Shown here: piece by piece, positions 19,931-28,234 of the stretch | Position numbering within the stretch: the stretch's first letter is position 1 | Layout of the letters: the number at the start of each line of letters is the position of its first letter | Assembly (NCBI GenBank): GCA_023379805.1 | Contig: JAMCPI010000012.1 | Location: 95,777 to 159,776, forward strand | Length of the DNA stretch: 64,000 bases | Origin: Nitrososphaerota archaeon | Lineage (GTDB): Archaea; Thermoproteota; Nitrososphaeria; Nitrososphaerales; JACPRH01 | Direction of reading: 5' to 3' | Program-made: the position numbers and the translations under genes | The notes under the pieces: model-generated | Told to the model about the DNA's origin: nothing | Seen by the model: the letters and a program-made list of their open reading frames with translations, nothing else | Database searches by the model: none

Positions 19931-20586
19931 AGATAGGCGGCAGCCTTCTTAGCTATCCTGAGGCGTTGAGGGCTCTCTGCCAACGTCTAGGCGAACTTGC
20001 TGGTGAACATGATCTGTTGATTGTTCCAGGCGGAGGGCCCTTTGCTGATGCTGTGCGGAAAATATATTCAGAGATGAAGCTGCCTGAAGCTACAGCTCAC
20101 AGGATGGCTGTCTCAGCGATGGATCAGTACGGGATTCTTCTCCAGAGCATTTTAGGAGACTCTTCGCAAGCGATTGAGTACTTTAGTGAGGCAAAAGCAT
20201 GTTTCGAAGAGGGGCAGATAGCTGTTCTTCTGGCTTCACAGGTGATGCGGGCGGACAGGTCGCTTCCCAAGACGTGGGATGTCACCTCAGACTCGATTGC
20301 AGCTTACGTGGCGAGGAAGGTAGATGCTGAAATGCTTGTTCTAGTGAAGTCGGTGGATGGTCTGTTCAAACGGGGCTCGAAGAGGCTTCTGAACAGGGTG
20401 CCTGTGAGCGTCTTGGCTTCCGGGGTTGAACCTGGATGCGTTGATGCGTATCTGCCTGATCTGCTAGCTTCTTCAGGTCGTTTCCGCTGTTTCATCGTGA
20501 ATGGTCGGTATCCGGATCGTGTCGCCGCTGTGCTGCAGAGAGTGGGGGTAGGAGAAGTTGTCGGTACAGAAATCATGCGTAGTTAA
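19915..20586 (+). CDS. mfnE: Amino-acid-kinase-family MfnE (orf21-like)
   Basis: KIGGSL, VPGGGPFAD, H.MA..AMDQYG, WDVTSDSIA, KSVDG. Confidence 0.88.
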   Translation: MVSVLKIGGSLLSYPEALRALCQRLGELAGEHDLLIVPGGGPFADAVRKIYSEMKLPEATAHRMAVSAMDQYGILLQSILGDSSQAIEYFSEAKACFEEGQIAVLLASQVMRADRSLPKTWDVTSDSIAAYVARKVDAEMLVLVKSVDGLFKRGSKRLLNRVPVSVLASGVEPGCVDAYLPDLLASSGRFRCFIVNGRYPDRVAAVLQRVGVGEVVGTEIMRS

Positions 20587-21445
20587 CATTGGTCGAGTCG
20601 GTGGTAGCCGGTATTATGTTGCAGCGCGTAGAAGCAGGTACTGGAGGCCCGGATCTGACTATGCGTCGTTGATTACCGCGAATGTTTCGGGTCGGCTCTC
20701 TGATGGGGATTTTGTGGTTGTCTCAGAGAAGGCTATATCGATCGCTAAAGGCCGGATTGTGGACGAGGCTCAGGTGAAGCCCGGTTTAACCGCCAAGATC
20801 ATTGCTCGCTTTTGGATGCGTTGGATCTGGGGTTACCCGCTTGGGCGGCTCTGCCATATGAGTCAGTCGACGCGGAGCCGGCTTCGACACTACCCTGTCA
20901 AGGAGGGTGCTGCGCACAAGCAGCTCTGTCTCAAGCATGCTGGTATTCTGCAATCTCTTAGACACGGCTCTGAGGGCGGGGTGGATGTGAGTAACCTCCC
21001 ATACTCATACGCTGCTCTTCCGCTTTCTAACCCGCAGGTTGAGGCTGAACATATCCGTGAGCGAATTAGCCGTGAAACTGGGCGGAGGGTTTCGGTGATG
21101 ATTGTGGACACCGATAAGACTTACAGGCTTGGAAGTCGAAACTATACTCCTCTCCCGCGGGCTGTTCCTGGAATTACTGCTGGAGGCGGTTTGCTGATCT
21201 ACGTGGTTTGCAGGGTGTTTCGGTGCAGGAGAAGATCTACGCTGCTAGGTTCTGCTGGCGAGAATCTAGGTGTGGAGACATTGCTGGATATTGCTGAAAC
21301 CGCTAACAGGGCTAGAGGGGTCGGTGCCGGTCGGACGCCGTGGCACATGGCGGAGCGTTTCAATGTTGAGTTAACTAGGGTTACATGGGAGATGCTAGAG
21401 CAAGTGGCTCACTACCCAGTAGTAATCGTGAAACGGTTGAGTTAG
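20558..21445 (+). CDS. CofE/DUF129-family gamma-glutamyl ligase-like protein
   Basis: DGDFVVVSEKAISIAKG, EGGVDVSN, VMIVDTD, PVVIVK. Confidence 0.75.
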   Translation: MSVQKSCVVNIGRVGGSRYYVAARRSRYWRPGSDYASLITANVSGRLSDGDFVVVSEKAISIAKGRIVDEAQVKPGLTAKIIARFWMRWIWGYPLGRLCHMSQSTRSRLRHYPVKEGAAHKQLCLKHAGILQSLRHGSEGGVDVSNLPYSYAALPLSNPQVEAEHIRERISRETGRRVSVMIVDTDKTYRLGSRNYTPLPRAVPGITAGGGLLIYVVCRVFRCRRRSTLLGSAGENLGVETLLDIAETANRARGVGAGRTPWHMAERFNVELTRVTWEMLEQVAHYPVVIVKRLS

Positions 21446-21471
21446 GCTAGTCTAGGCTAAGTTGGCTCGGA

Positions 21472-22386
21472 TTAGGCTTGGATTTGTTGGACTGCGTCTT
21501 TCAGCCGTATCTGGACTGGTCCGAGTTTTCCGCCGAAGTTTGCGGCTGAAATTTTAACGACTCCGGGTACGCTTGTAGCGGCCTTGATGCCTTTCGCAGT
21601 GGCTTGCATCAGCAGGTCTTGGTCTAGCGCATTGAAGACGATTTCGTAGACGCTGTTTACTTCAGGTGGAACCTGTGTCTCAGGTACTTCGGCGCGTAGC
21701 TTGGGGCAGTAGAGGTGGTTGGTTGAGGCGCCGAGCTTGTATTTTCTTGAGCCTGTCTTCGAGCCGGAGCGGACGATTCCGCCGGGGAACGGCAGGATAA
21801 CTGCTGGGAGCTGCTGAATTGCTTCGACGCTCTTTTCAGCTGCTAACAACGCAGTAGGTTGATCCTTTGCCATGATGAGGAGGTTTCCGCCAGCTATAGC
21901 GTTCTTTATTCCGAATCTTCCTTCAACTAGAAACTCACCCTCCATTACAGGAATACGCCAGATTTTTCGACCGTTCAACACATCCTTCTTCTCAAAGCCG
22001 TCTCCAAACATTCGGATTGCGTCTCCGATGCGGAGTTTGCGGTTGAGTGAGGGAAGTCCATCAAAAGCTGCGGTGGTGGCGCAGGTGAGAATACATTGGC
22101 CTAGACGGGTAATCATCTGACCTTTTAACTCAGGTTTGGTGCGGTGGTAAATCTGAATCATTACTCCGGGTCTTCCATCCGGGGTCTTATCAGCAGGTAT
22201 GCGGGGGCCTTCTATAGCGGCTTCCGCCGGGGACATGATGATCGAGGAGGCGAAGCCGGTGGCAGTTCTAGCTGAGATATCCGCCCACTTTTCGTTCTGA
22301 GCTGTTATCAGGATTCTTCCAGCTACCATTGGAAATGCTTCTGCGAAGGTGTCTTCAATCTCAACGCCGTTGAGCTGCAAGCTCAT
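21472..22386 (-). CDS. ftr: Formylmethanofuran:H4MPT formyltransferase
   Basis: IEDTFAEAF, TPDGRPG, RLGQCILT, FGDGFE, IPVMEGEF, PFPGGIVRSGSK, SAANFGGKLG. Confidence 0.97.
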   Translation of the reverse strand: MSLQLNGVEIEDTFAEAFPMVAGRILITAQNEKWADISARTATGFASSIIMSPAEAAIEGPRIPADKTPDGRPGVMIQIYHRTKPELKGQMITRLGQCILTCATTAAFDGLPSLNRKLRIGDAIRMFGDGFEKKDVLNGRKIWRIPVMEGEFLVEGRFGIKNAIAGGNLLIMAKDQPTALLAAEKSVEAIQQLPAVILPFPGGIVRSGSKTGSRKYKLGASTNHLYCPKLRAEVPETQVPPEVNSVYEIVFNALDQDLLMQATAKGIKAATSVPGVVKISAANFGGKLGPVQIRLKDAVQQIQA

Positions 22387-22574
22387 ACGGGGGCGTTACG
22401 TATCCACATTCTTAAAAGCTTACTGCTAAACCTTTCTGTTAAGTCAACTTAACTCGCTATTTGATGTATCGTTTACTAGTACGTCGTTGGTGCGCCGGCA
22501 CCAGTGCTGCCATAGGCCGAGGGGGGAGGTTTAAAGAGCGTTGAGAAGTGCGTATAAAACCAGTTGTTATACTG

Positions 22575-22691
22575 ATGGATATGCATCAAATAGAGTACCT
22601 TGAGCTGCAAGAGATGCAAGGATGCTTGATGCAGGCTTGCAAGACTACTCCCCAATGTTTTCTTCTTCTAAATTGGCAGAATTGCATGTAA
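22575..22691 (+). CDS. Unannotated 38-aa Cys-rich peptide MDMHQIEYLELQEMQGCLMQACKTTPQCFLLLNWQNCM
   Basis: ATG...TAA ORF below the ORF-track cutoff, 22 nt downstream of the start of TATAAAA (22553-22559). It fills the ftr-mfnB gap. Confidence 0.45.
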   Translation: MDMHQIEYLELQEMQGCLMQACKTTPQCFLLLNWQNCM

Positions 22692-22799
22692 AGATTGCTC
22701 GTACATAGCTTGTTGTATTGGGTTGAATGGTTTTTTGAAAGGCTAGACCGACTCGGTGTTAATTTGGTTAGAACGACTGAAAAACGGCTGTATCTCGGT

Positions 22800-23582
22800 T
22801 TAGATTTGTGTTCTTTGGAGGACGTTGACAAACTCTTCTACTAGTCGGTGGTCTATCTTTGGTTCTAGATCTCGCACAGTGCAGACGTTTCGTCTGACTC
22901 CCATAATGTCTACGCCGAGCTTCAGCATTATTCGGAGGTCTTTTTTTCCGAGCGAGCCCGCTAAAGCGATCTTCAAGCCTAGTTGATGTCCTTCCTCTAC
23001 GAAATTTTCGAGATCCTTAACGGACAAGTAGTCAAAGAGTCCCTTCGAGCTCTTCTCTCTCACGTCGATTAGAACCCCCCATGCTCCTGCTTCTGCAGCT
23101 GGTTCAGGTAGCATCAATGGATTTACGCAGCCCTGTAGCTGGTAATCCGCGTACCCAGCTATGACTAGCTTTGTTCTCAGCCGGAACTCCTGCAGTGTCT
23201 GCGCTATTATCCGGGAGAGGTCTCGCGCTTCGTCCGGTGTTTTCGGGCCAAGCATACCCGCTTTGACATAATCTACTCCTAATGAGGCTGCTCCCAGGGC
23301 GGCTAGAGATGCTGTTCCCGGTGTGTTCGGTAGGTCGCCGATGGTTGCGCTTACCTCAGCCTGGTTCCCAGTTTCTTCCTTGATTTTTCTGATCACTAAT
23401 GGTCGGTTTGCGCCGAGTGCTCCTTCACGCGGGTTTTTTACATCAATAATGTCTGCTCCTCCTTTCAGGGCTTCGCGGGCTTCGTCTGGGTTGGTGACGC
23501 TGACCATGATTCTCAGGTGTCCTTCTTCTTGCCTACCCATTTTTCTCGGCGCCTCGGTGTTGAGCGGTGGTATCTTCGGCAA
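22800..23582 (-). CDS. mfnB: (5-formylfuran-3-yl)methyl phosphate synthase
   Basis: GGADIIDVKNPREGALGA, SATIGD, DYVKAG, ALAGSL, DIMGVR. The true start may be ATG 23540. Confidence 0.93.
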   Translation of the reverse strand: MPKIPPLNTEAPRKMGRQEEGHLRIMVSVTNPDEAREALKGGADIIDVKNPREGALGANRPLVIRKIKEETGNQAEVSATIGDLPNTPGTASLAALGAASLGVDYVKAGMLGPKTPDEARDLSRIIAQTLQEFRLRTKLVIAGYADYQLQGCVNPLMLPEPAAEAGAWGVLIDVREKSSKGLFDYLSVKDLENFVEEGHQLGLKIALAGSLGKKDLRIMLKLGVDIMGVRRNVCTVRDLEPKIDHRLVEEFVNVLQRTQI

Positions 23583-23617
23583 CCTTTAAATTAATTCGCT
23601 TCTAAGACTGCTACAAT

Positions 23618-24529
23618 ATGTCATCCGCTAAACGCGTTATGATATTTCTGGACACCGATAAACACGCAAGCCCCTTCGATATTCTCATCCTAGCCGATCT
23701 GTTCCCTGATGCACAGAGCATCTACTATGGGAATGTTGACCCTGAGGATGTGCAGAAGCTCGTTCAAGACTCAATCTTCCCAAGAGGGCCAGAGGGCTGC
23801 AAGAGTACAAAACTCTTCATCGGCGGCTCCGATGTCGATAAAGCTGACAGAATAGCTGAGGTAGCGTTAAAATCAATGTTCCCACCGTTCGAACTTGCAA
23901 CCGTGATTGATCCAAGCGGTTCACACACAACCTCCTCCGCCGCGGTAGCTAAGACACTGCAGATTCTTTTGAAACAGAATCTCGGCGACTTCAAAGGAAA
24001 GAACGTCACAGTCCTAGCTGCCACTGGCCCAGTCGGACAGATCACAAGCGCCATTTACCAGTCAGAAGGCGCAAACGTCACCATCACCTCAAGACGGAAG
24101 GAGCGGGCTGACAGCCTTGTCGAGCGGCTTAACCGAGACTCCCCGAACAAAGTAGCGGGTCTCCAAGCAGCTACTCCAGAAGAGGTAGGTATTGCGATTA
24201 AAGATGCGGACGTGGTGATGGCTGCAGGATCTGCTGGTGTACAGCTTGTTTCACTGGATGTTCTGAAGAGATACGGAACAAAGTGTAAGGTCATAGCGGA
24301 CGTGAATGCGGTTCCACCGCTTGGCGTTGAGAATCTCAGCGCGCAAGGTGATGGCGTTGAGGTGCTGCCCTGTGTCTACGGTGTAGGTGCATTAGCTATA
24401 GGTAACCTGAAGAACAAGGTTGAAGCGAAGCTAATCACAGCCGCTATGGAGTCTCCTAAAGGAGTCTTCAACTACAAGACCGGCTACCAGCTGGCCAAAG
24501 AACACGTCTACAAGAAGCTCGCAAAGTAA
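23618..24529 (+). CDS. mtdB: NAD(P)-dependent methylene-H4MPT dehydrogenase (MtdA/MtdB family)
   Basis: SPFD, IFPRGP, LFIGG, PPF, DPSGSHTT, ATGPVG Rossmann motif, DVNAVPPLGVE, GALAIGNLK. Confidence 0.85.
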   Translation: MSSAKRVMIFLDTDKHASPFDILILADLFPDAQSIYYGNVDPEDVQKLVQDSIFPRGPEGCKSTKLFIGGSDVDKADRIAEVALKSMFPPFELATVIDPSGSHTTSSAAVAKTLQILLKQNLGDFKGKNVTVLAATGPVGQITSAIYQSEGANVTITSRRKERADSLVERLNRDSPNKVAGLQAATPEEVGIAIKDADVVMAAGSAGVQLVSLDVLKRYGTKCKVIADVNAVPPLGVENLSAQGDGVEVLPCVYGVGALAIGNLKNKVEAKLITAAMESPKGVFNYKTGYQLAKEHVYKKLAK

Positions 24530-24563
24530 TAAGCTGGAGCGGCAAGGGCTTCGGTAAGAAATA

Positions 24564-24968
24564 ATGAGATCCGACGATCGCGCTAGAAAGTTCTTCGACC
24601 CCAGGATGACTGATAGAGAGCGAGCTATCTTCGAAGGCGCCGTCGGGCTGGCCTCTATCTATCACCAGTTCGTCGGAACCCCAGTAAGCAAGGATGAGCA
24701 TTCACTTCATGCCGTCGAAGAGGCGATCAAGCTATCGACCCTCCTCCAACCCTACAAGAAGGAAGTCAAAGCAAAACTAAGCATAACAGACGAGCGCCGG
24801 AAAAGACATGCTTACGACTACCGCTCACTCGAGGGACGAGACTTCGACGTATCTATTGTTACTGAGTACGGCAGCTGCCGAGTCACATCCCGCATGAAAT
24901 ACATCCAAGAGCTCGACTACACTCTAATGTTCGTAGAAAAAATCGAGGACACCTGCCAGCGCGAATAG
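24564..24968 (+). CDS. mptD: Archaeal dihydroneopterin aldolase
   Basis: TDRERAIFEGAVGLASIYHQFVGTP, QPY, ELDYTLMFVE. Confidence 0.9.
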   Translation: MRSDDRARKFFDPRMTDRERAIFEGAVGLASIYHQFVGTPVSKDEHSLHAVEEAIKLSTLLQPYKKEVKAKLSITDERRKRHAYDYRSLEGRDFDVSIVTEYGSCRVTSRMKYIQELDYTLMFVEKIEDTCQRE

Positions 24969-25006
24969 CTAACTGCAAACGACGCGGCTGATAATTGGCT
25001 ATCAGC

Positions 25007-25783
25007 CTAGCCAATATCGGCAAGTATTCCCCCGAGCTCCTCTGGAAAAATTCTTTCGAAGCCGGAGATATCCTCTCCTCCGCTAGTCAAGTTGAAGAGA
25101 GTCACCTCAGCTGTAGAAGCAAACCACTCTAGAAGATTTTTACCAATTCTTAACTTGGTGACCTTTACCTTCGGCGACGCTACCTGTGTCTTGGAGAACG
25201 GGCCCACGGTTTCGCCCATATCCATGCCCGCCAGCGCCAAAGGATCTCCTCCTAGGGCGCCGGCGAGGAAGACAGCTCGGTCGCCGTCGGTGAAACCTCC
25301 AAAGTTATGTACTCGACCAACAGGCTCGGTCTGCGTGGTTCCCAAGGCTTTGGAGAAGGTTTTGACGTAACGCTCCAGTTTAGGGATGTTGTCGCCGTGA
25401 GCATGCACCACAATATATGCACCTCTACGCTCTGCTTCTTGGATATCCTCAACCACTCCATCTAAATCAGTAACAACTATGTCCGGGACTTTACCCGCTA
25501 TCTTCAGCAGCGCGGTGGTGGCGCCGTCCGCCGAAATTAGGCAGCATCGGCTTAGAAGGGTGGTCTTCAGGATTCTCTTAAGATCGTTTTCAAGCGAAGG
25601 GCCTGCTCCGAAAATTAACGTGGGCCGCCCGTTGACACGTTGTCTAATATCTTTTAACGGCAACGCTCTATCTTTCAGTAAATCGTCAAGGATAATGGCT
25701 GCTCTCCTGTCTTCGTCCGGATCATATTTTAGTTCCTTCACGATTCTTCGGTACTTTGGCAGCCATTGATCCATTTCCATCAT
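25007..25783 (-). CDS. mptE: 6-hydroxymethyl-7,8-dihydropterin pyrophosphokinase
   Basis: GAGPSL, ADGAT, VTDLDG, VHAHGDN, NFGGFTDGDRA. Confidence 0.92.
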   Translation of the reverse strand: MMEMDQWLPKYRRIVKELKYDPDEDRRAAIILDDLLKDRALPLKDIRQRVNGRPTLIFGAGPSLENDLKRILKTTLLSRCCLISADGATTALLKIAGKVPDIVVTDLDGVVEDIQEAERRGAYIVVHAHGDNIPKLERYVKTFSKALGTTQTEPVGRVHNFGGFTDGDRAVFLAGALGGDPLALAGMDMGETVGPFSKTQVASPKVKVTKLRIGKNLLEWFASTAEVTLFNLTSGGEDISGFERIFPEELGGILADIG

Positions 25784-25930
25784 ATCTCGCCCCTTTTGCA
25801 GCGATCTTTCGCCGCTGGTAAATAAGGCTTGACTAAAAAATTGACGATCTTGTCATCTCAGTTAGATCAACAGATAATTAATTTCAGATGCGCGATATCG
25901 AATCCGTCAGTCTGACGCTATGCAACAGGG

Positions 25931-26004
25931 GGTGGGATTGTGGCGGCCCGAGACAGGCTGGTCAGTATCTTCCCCACGGAGGCAGGAGCCACATGCCTGC
26001 TTCC
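25931..26004. ncRNA. Unidentified structured element, copy 1 (stems plus predicted pseudoknot)
   Basis: Intergenic. Shares 17-nt and 19-nt identical blocks with 35210-35285, with compensatory changes in two stems. Confidence 0.65.
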
Positions 26005-26142
26005 AGCACCCTTAACACTTTAATCGACCAACTTACTCTTCTTGGTAACTCACAAACTTCTCAGCTATTAATGGCGCGAGCATTTTTGCAGTAAAAGTTA
26101 CATTTCCCTTTATTATCTTAAGATTGATGCGGAGACGAGTTT

Positions 26143-26295
26143 ATGAACGAAGACTGGGTAGATGTTTGTGAGGTCTGTAATCTGCGCTTCCCCTGCAAGT
26201 CTGCGCTTCTACTGCACCGGAGATGGGAGCACGGCGAGGATGCAGAGCCTGAAAAGGCCACAGATAATGCGGAGCAAGAAGAGACCAAGCGGTAA
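26143..26295 (+). CDS. 50-aa C2H2 zinc-finger microprotein with acidic tail
   Basis: MNEDWVDVCEVCNLRFPCKSALLLHRRWEHGEDAEPEKATDNAEQEETKR*, showing a CxxC-x3-F-x5-L-x2-H-x4-H pattern. Confidence 0.7.
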   Translation: MNEDWVDVCEVCNLRFPCKSALLLHRRWEHGEDAEPEKATDNAEQEETKR

Positions 26296-26374
26296 TACTT
26301 CAAGAAGACAATAATTGATTGATTGATTCCGTAACCGAAATATCTGGGCGTCGTATTGGGTATGATGATTTAGG

Positions 26375-27310
26375 ATGAGGAAAGTTAGAGATATCGAGCT
26401 CACGGGATCGGAGTCGGTTGACAGTGTTTTGAGGCAGATGGGGCTTGCAGGTGGCTTCACTGCGAGAGATCTTGGTGAGACTGTCGATATCCTTGAAGAG
26501 ATGGTTAAGGATCCTTCCTGTGTAAAGTTTCTTTCATTTCCAGCGGCTCCTGTAGCGACGGGTCTCCGTGGTGTTTTCCGCAAGATGGTGGAGGCGCATC
26601 TGGTGGATGTTATAATCACCACCTGTGGGATGCTGGATCACGATGTTGCGCGTGTATGGGGTGATTATCTTGAAGGCGCCTTTGAGCTTGATGATGCTCA
26701 ACTTTACCGTAAGGGAATTCATCGGCTTGGCAATGTTCTTGTTCCCCGAGACTCATACGGTGTTCTTCTTGAAGAGAAGCTTCAACCATTCTTTGAAGGT
26801 CTCTACAATGAGGGCGTCCGTAAAATCTCATCTGCTGAGCTCTGCCAGCGTCTAGGCCAATTTGTTGATTCGAAGTCATCCATTCTATACTGGGCTAATG
26901 TAAACAAGGTGCCTGTGTTTGTTCCAGGTTTAACTGATGGTGCGGTGGGCAGCCAAATATGGCTCTTCTCACAGAGGCATAGAGACTTTCAGATAGATGT
27001 TCTCAAGGATGAGCAGCAGATCTCCGATATTGTTTACGAGGCTAAGAAGAGTGGTGCTTTAATAATCGGGGGCGGTATCTCCAAACACCACACGTTGTGG
27101 TGGAACCAGTTCCGCGGCGGCTTAGACTATGCTGTACAGATTACTACCGCTGATGAATGGGATGGGAGCTTAAGCGGCGCAGCGGTGAGGGAAGCAATCT
27201 CTTGGGGGAAGGTGCGACCGAAAGCTAAGAAGATGACTGTCCGCGGTGAGGCCACGGCGCTTCTTCCATTCGTCGTGGAGTCGCTTTTACAACGCTTGAA
27301 AACCCATTGA
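26375..27310 (+). CDS. dys: Deoxyhypusine synthase
   Basis: GGFTA, ITTCG, DGAVG, GGGISKHH, DGSLSGA..REAISWGK. Confidence 0.96.
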   Translation: MRKVRDIELTGSESVDSVLRQMGLAGGFTARDLGETVDILEEMVKDPSCVKFLSFPAAPVATGLRGVFRKMVEAHLVDVIITTCGMLDHDVARVWGDYLEGAFELDDAQLYRKGIHRLGNVLVPRDSYGVLLEEKLQPFFEGLYNEGVRKISSAELCQRLGQFVDSKSSILYWANVNKVPVFVPGLTDGAVGSQIWLFSQRHRDFQIDVLKDEQQISDIVYEAKKSGALIIGGGISKHHTLWWNQFRGGLDYAVQITTADEWDGSLSGAAVREAISWGKVRPKAKKMTVRGEATALLPFVVESLLQRLKTH

Positions 27311-27398
27311 ATAGTTGATAGTTGTGCAGAACCTCTGCTGAAATTTGGACAAAAGTTAAATTCTCGTACCCTATCCTTAACATGTAGGTGATAGAGAA

Positions 27399-27605
27399 AT
27401 GGCAGCATGGCACCTCGCATCGCTGATCGTCGGAATAGTGCTGCTCATAATAGGCGGAGGCGCTGTACTAGCAGCGGCAGTCGGCATGGTTCTAATTCCA
27501 TTCCTAACAATCTCAATGGGTTTGGTTACTGGTGCAGTCGTGTTCATCGTTGGAATCGTCATAGCAGGGTACAGCGCTTGGGTGTGGCGCGCGCATAGGC
27601 GATAG
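27399..27605 (+). CDS. Small two-TM membrane protein
   Basis: SD-like AGGTGA upstream, two hydrophobic helices, T-tract downstream. Confidence 0.65.
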   Translation: MAAWHLASLIVGIVLLIIGGGAVLAAAVGMVLIPFLTISMGLVTGAVVFIVGIVIAGYSAWVWRAHRR

Positions 27606-27684
27606 ACCTAGTGAGCAGCGCCCCTTTTTTTTCACATAGATTCTTCCGATATATTTTTAGACCTAATAGTACGCTACCACGGCA

Positions 27685-27891
27685 ATGGAGTCATATCATA
27701 AGCTGAGAATATTTGACAAAATCATTCTGCTAGTGATACTGTCAGCACTGCTCACATCGCTCTCCTCAATCACTTTGGTCGGTCAAAACATTTGGGGTAA
27801 TTACATCTTCGCCACAGTAGCAATGGTTCACGGAGTAGCAATCATCTCCTTGGTGAAGAAACGAGGAGACATCTACGACGAAACCCTCTAA
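27685..27891 (+). CDS. Small two-TM membrane protein
   Basis: Two hydrophobic helices. Confidence 0.55.
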   Translation: MESYHKLRIFDKIILLVILSALLTSLSSITLVGQNIWGNYIFATVAMVHGVAIISLVKKRGDIYDETL

Positions 27892-28234
27892 ACAAAACTC
27901 AGCCAAAGTCTGAAAATTCACGGAACAGAAAAAAGTCGCGTAAAAGCCGCTACTAAGGCGATAGCGGTTGTGCATGTTTTCTTTGATAAAGCTATTGATT
28001 TAACAGGTGTGAAAGTAAACGTTTAGTAAGACATCTATCTTCCAGCACCTATCTTTCTACGTTATAGGTAGGAGGATTATTATGATATCCTCGACAGCCA
28101 AGTTATTATCTAGATATCCACATCTGTTTCTACAACATTTATTCCATTACAATAAAGACAAACAATGTCAAATGTGTTAGGTAATATACGTGGAGCAATA
28201 ATACCCGCATTCTGTTTCTAAATCGATAAAGAAT

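Noticed and set aside
25958..25994. Minus-strand peptide MWLL(P/H)PWG.. encoded within both copies of the repeated element
   Set aside because: Copy 1 stops after 10 codons while copy 2 runs 26. The indels break the frame while substitutions preserve base pairing, so conservation is at the structure level.
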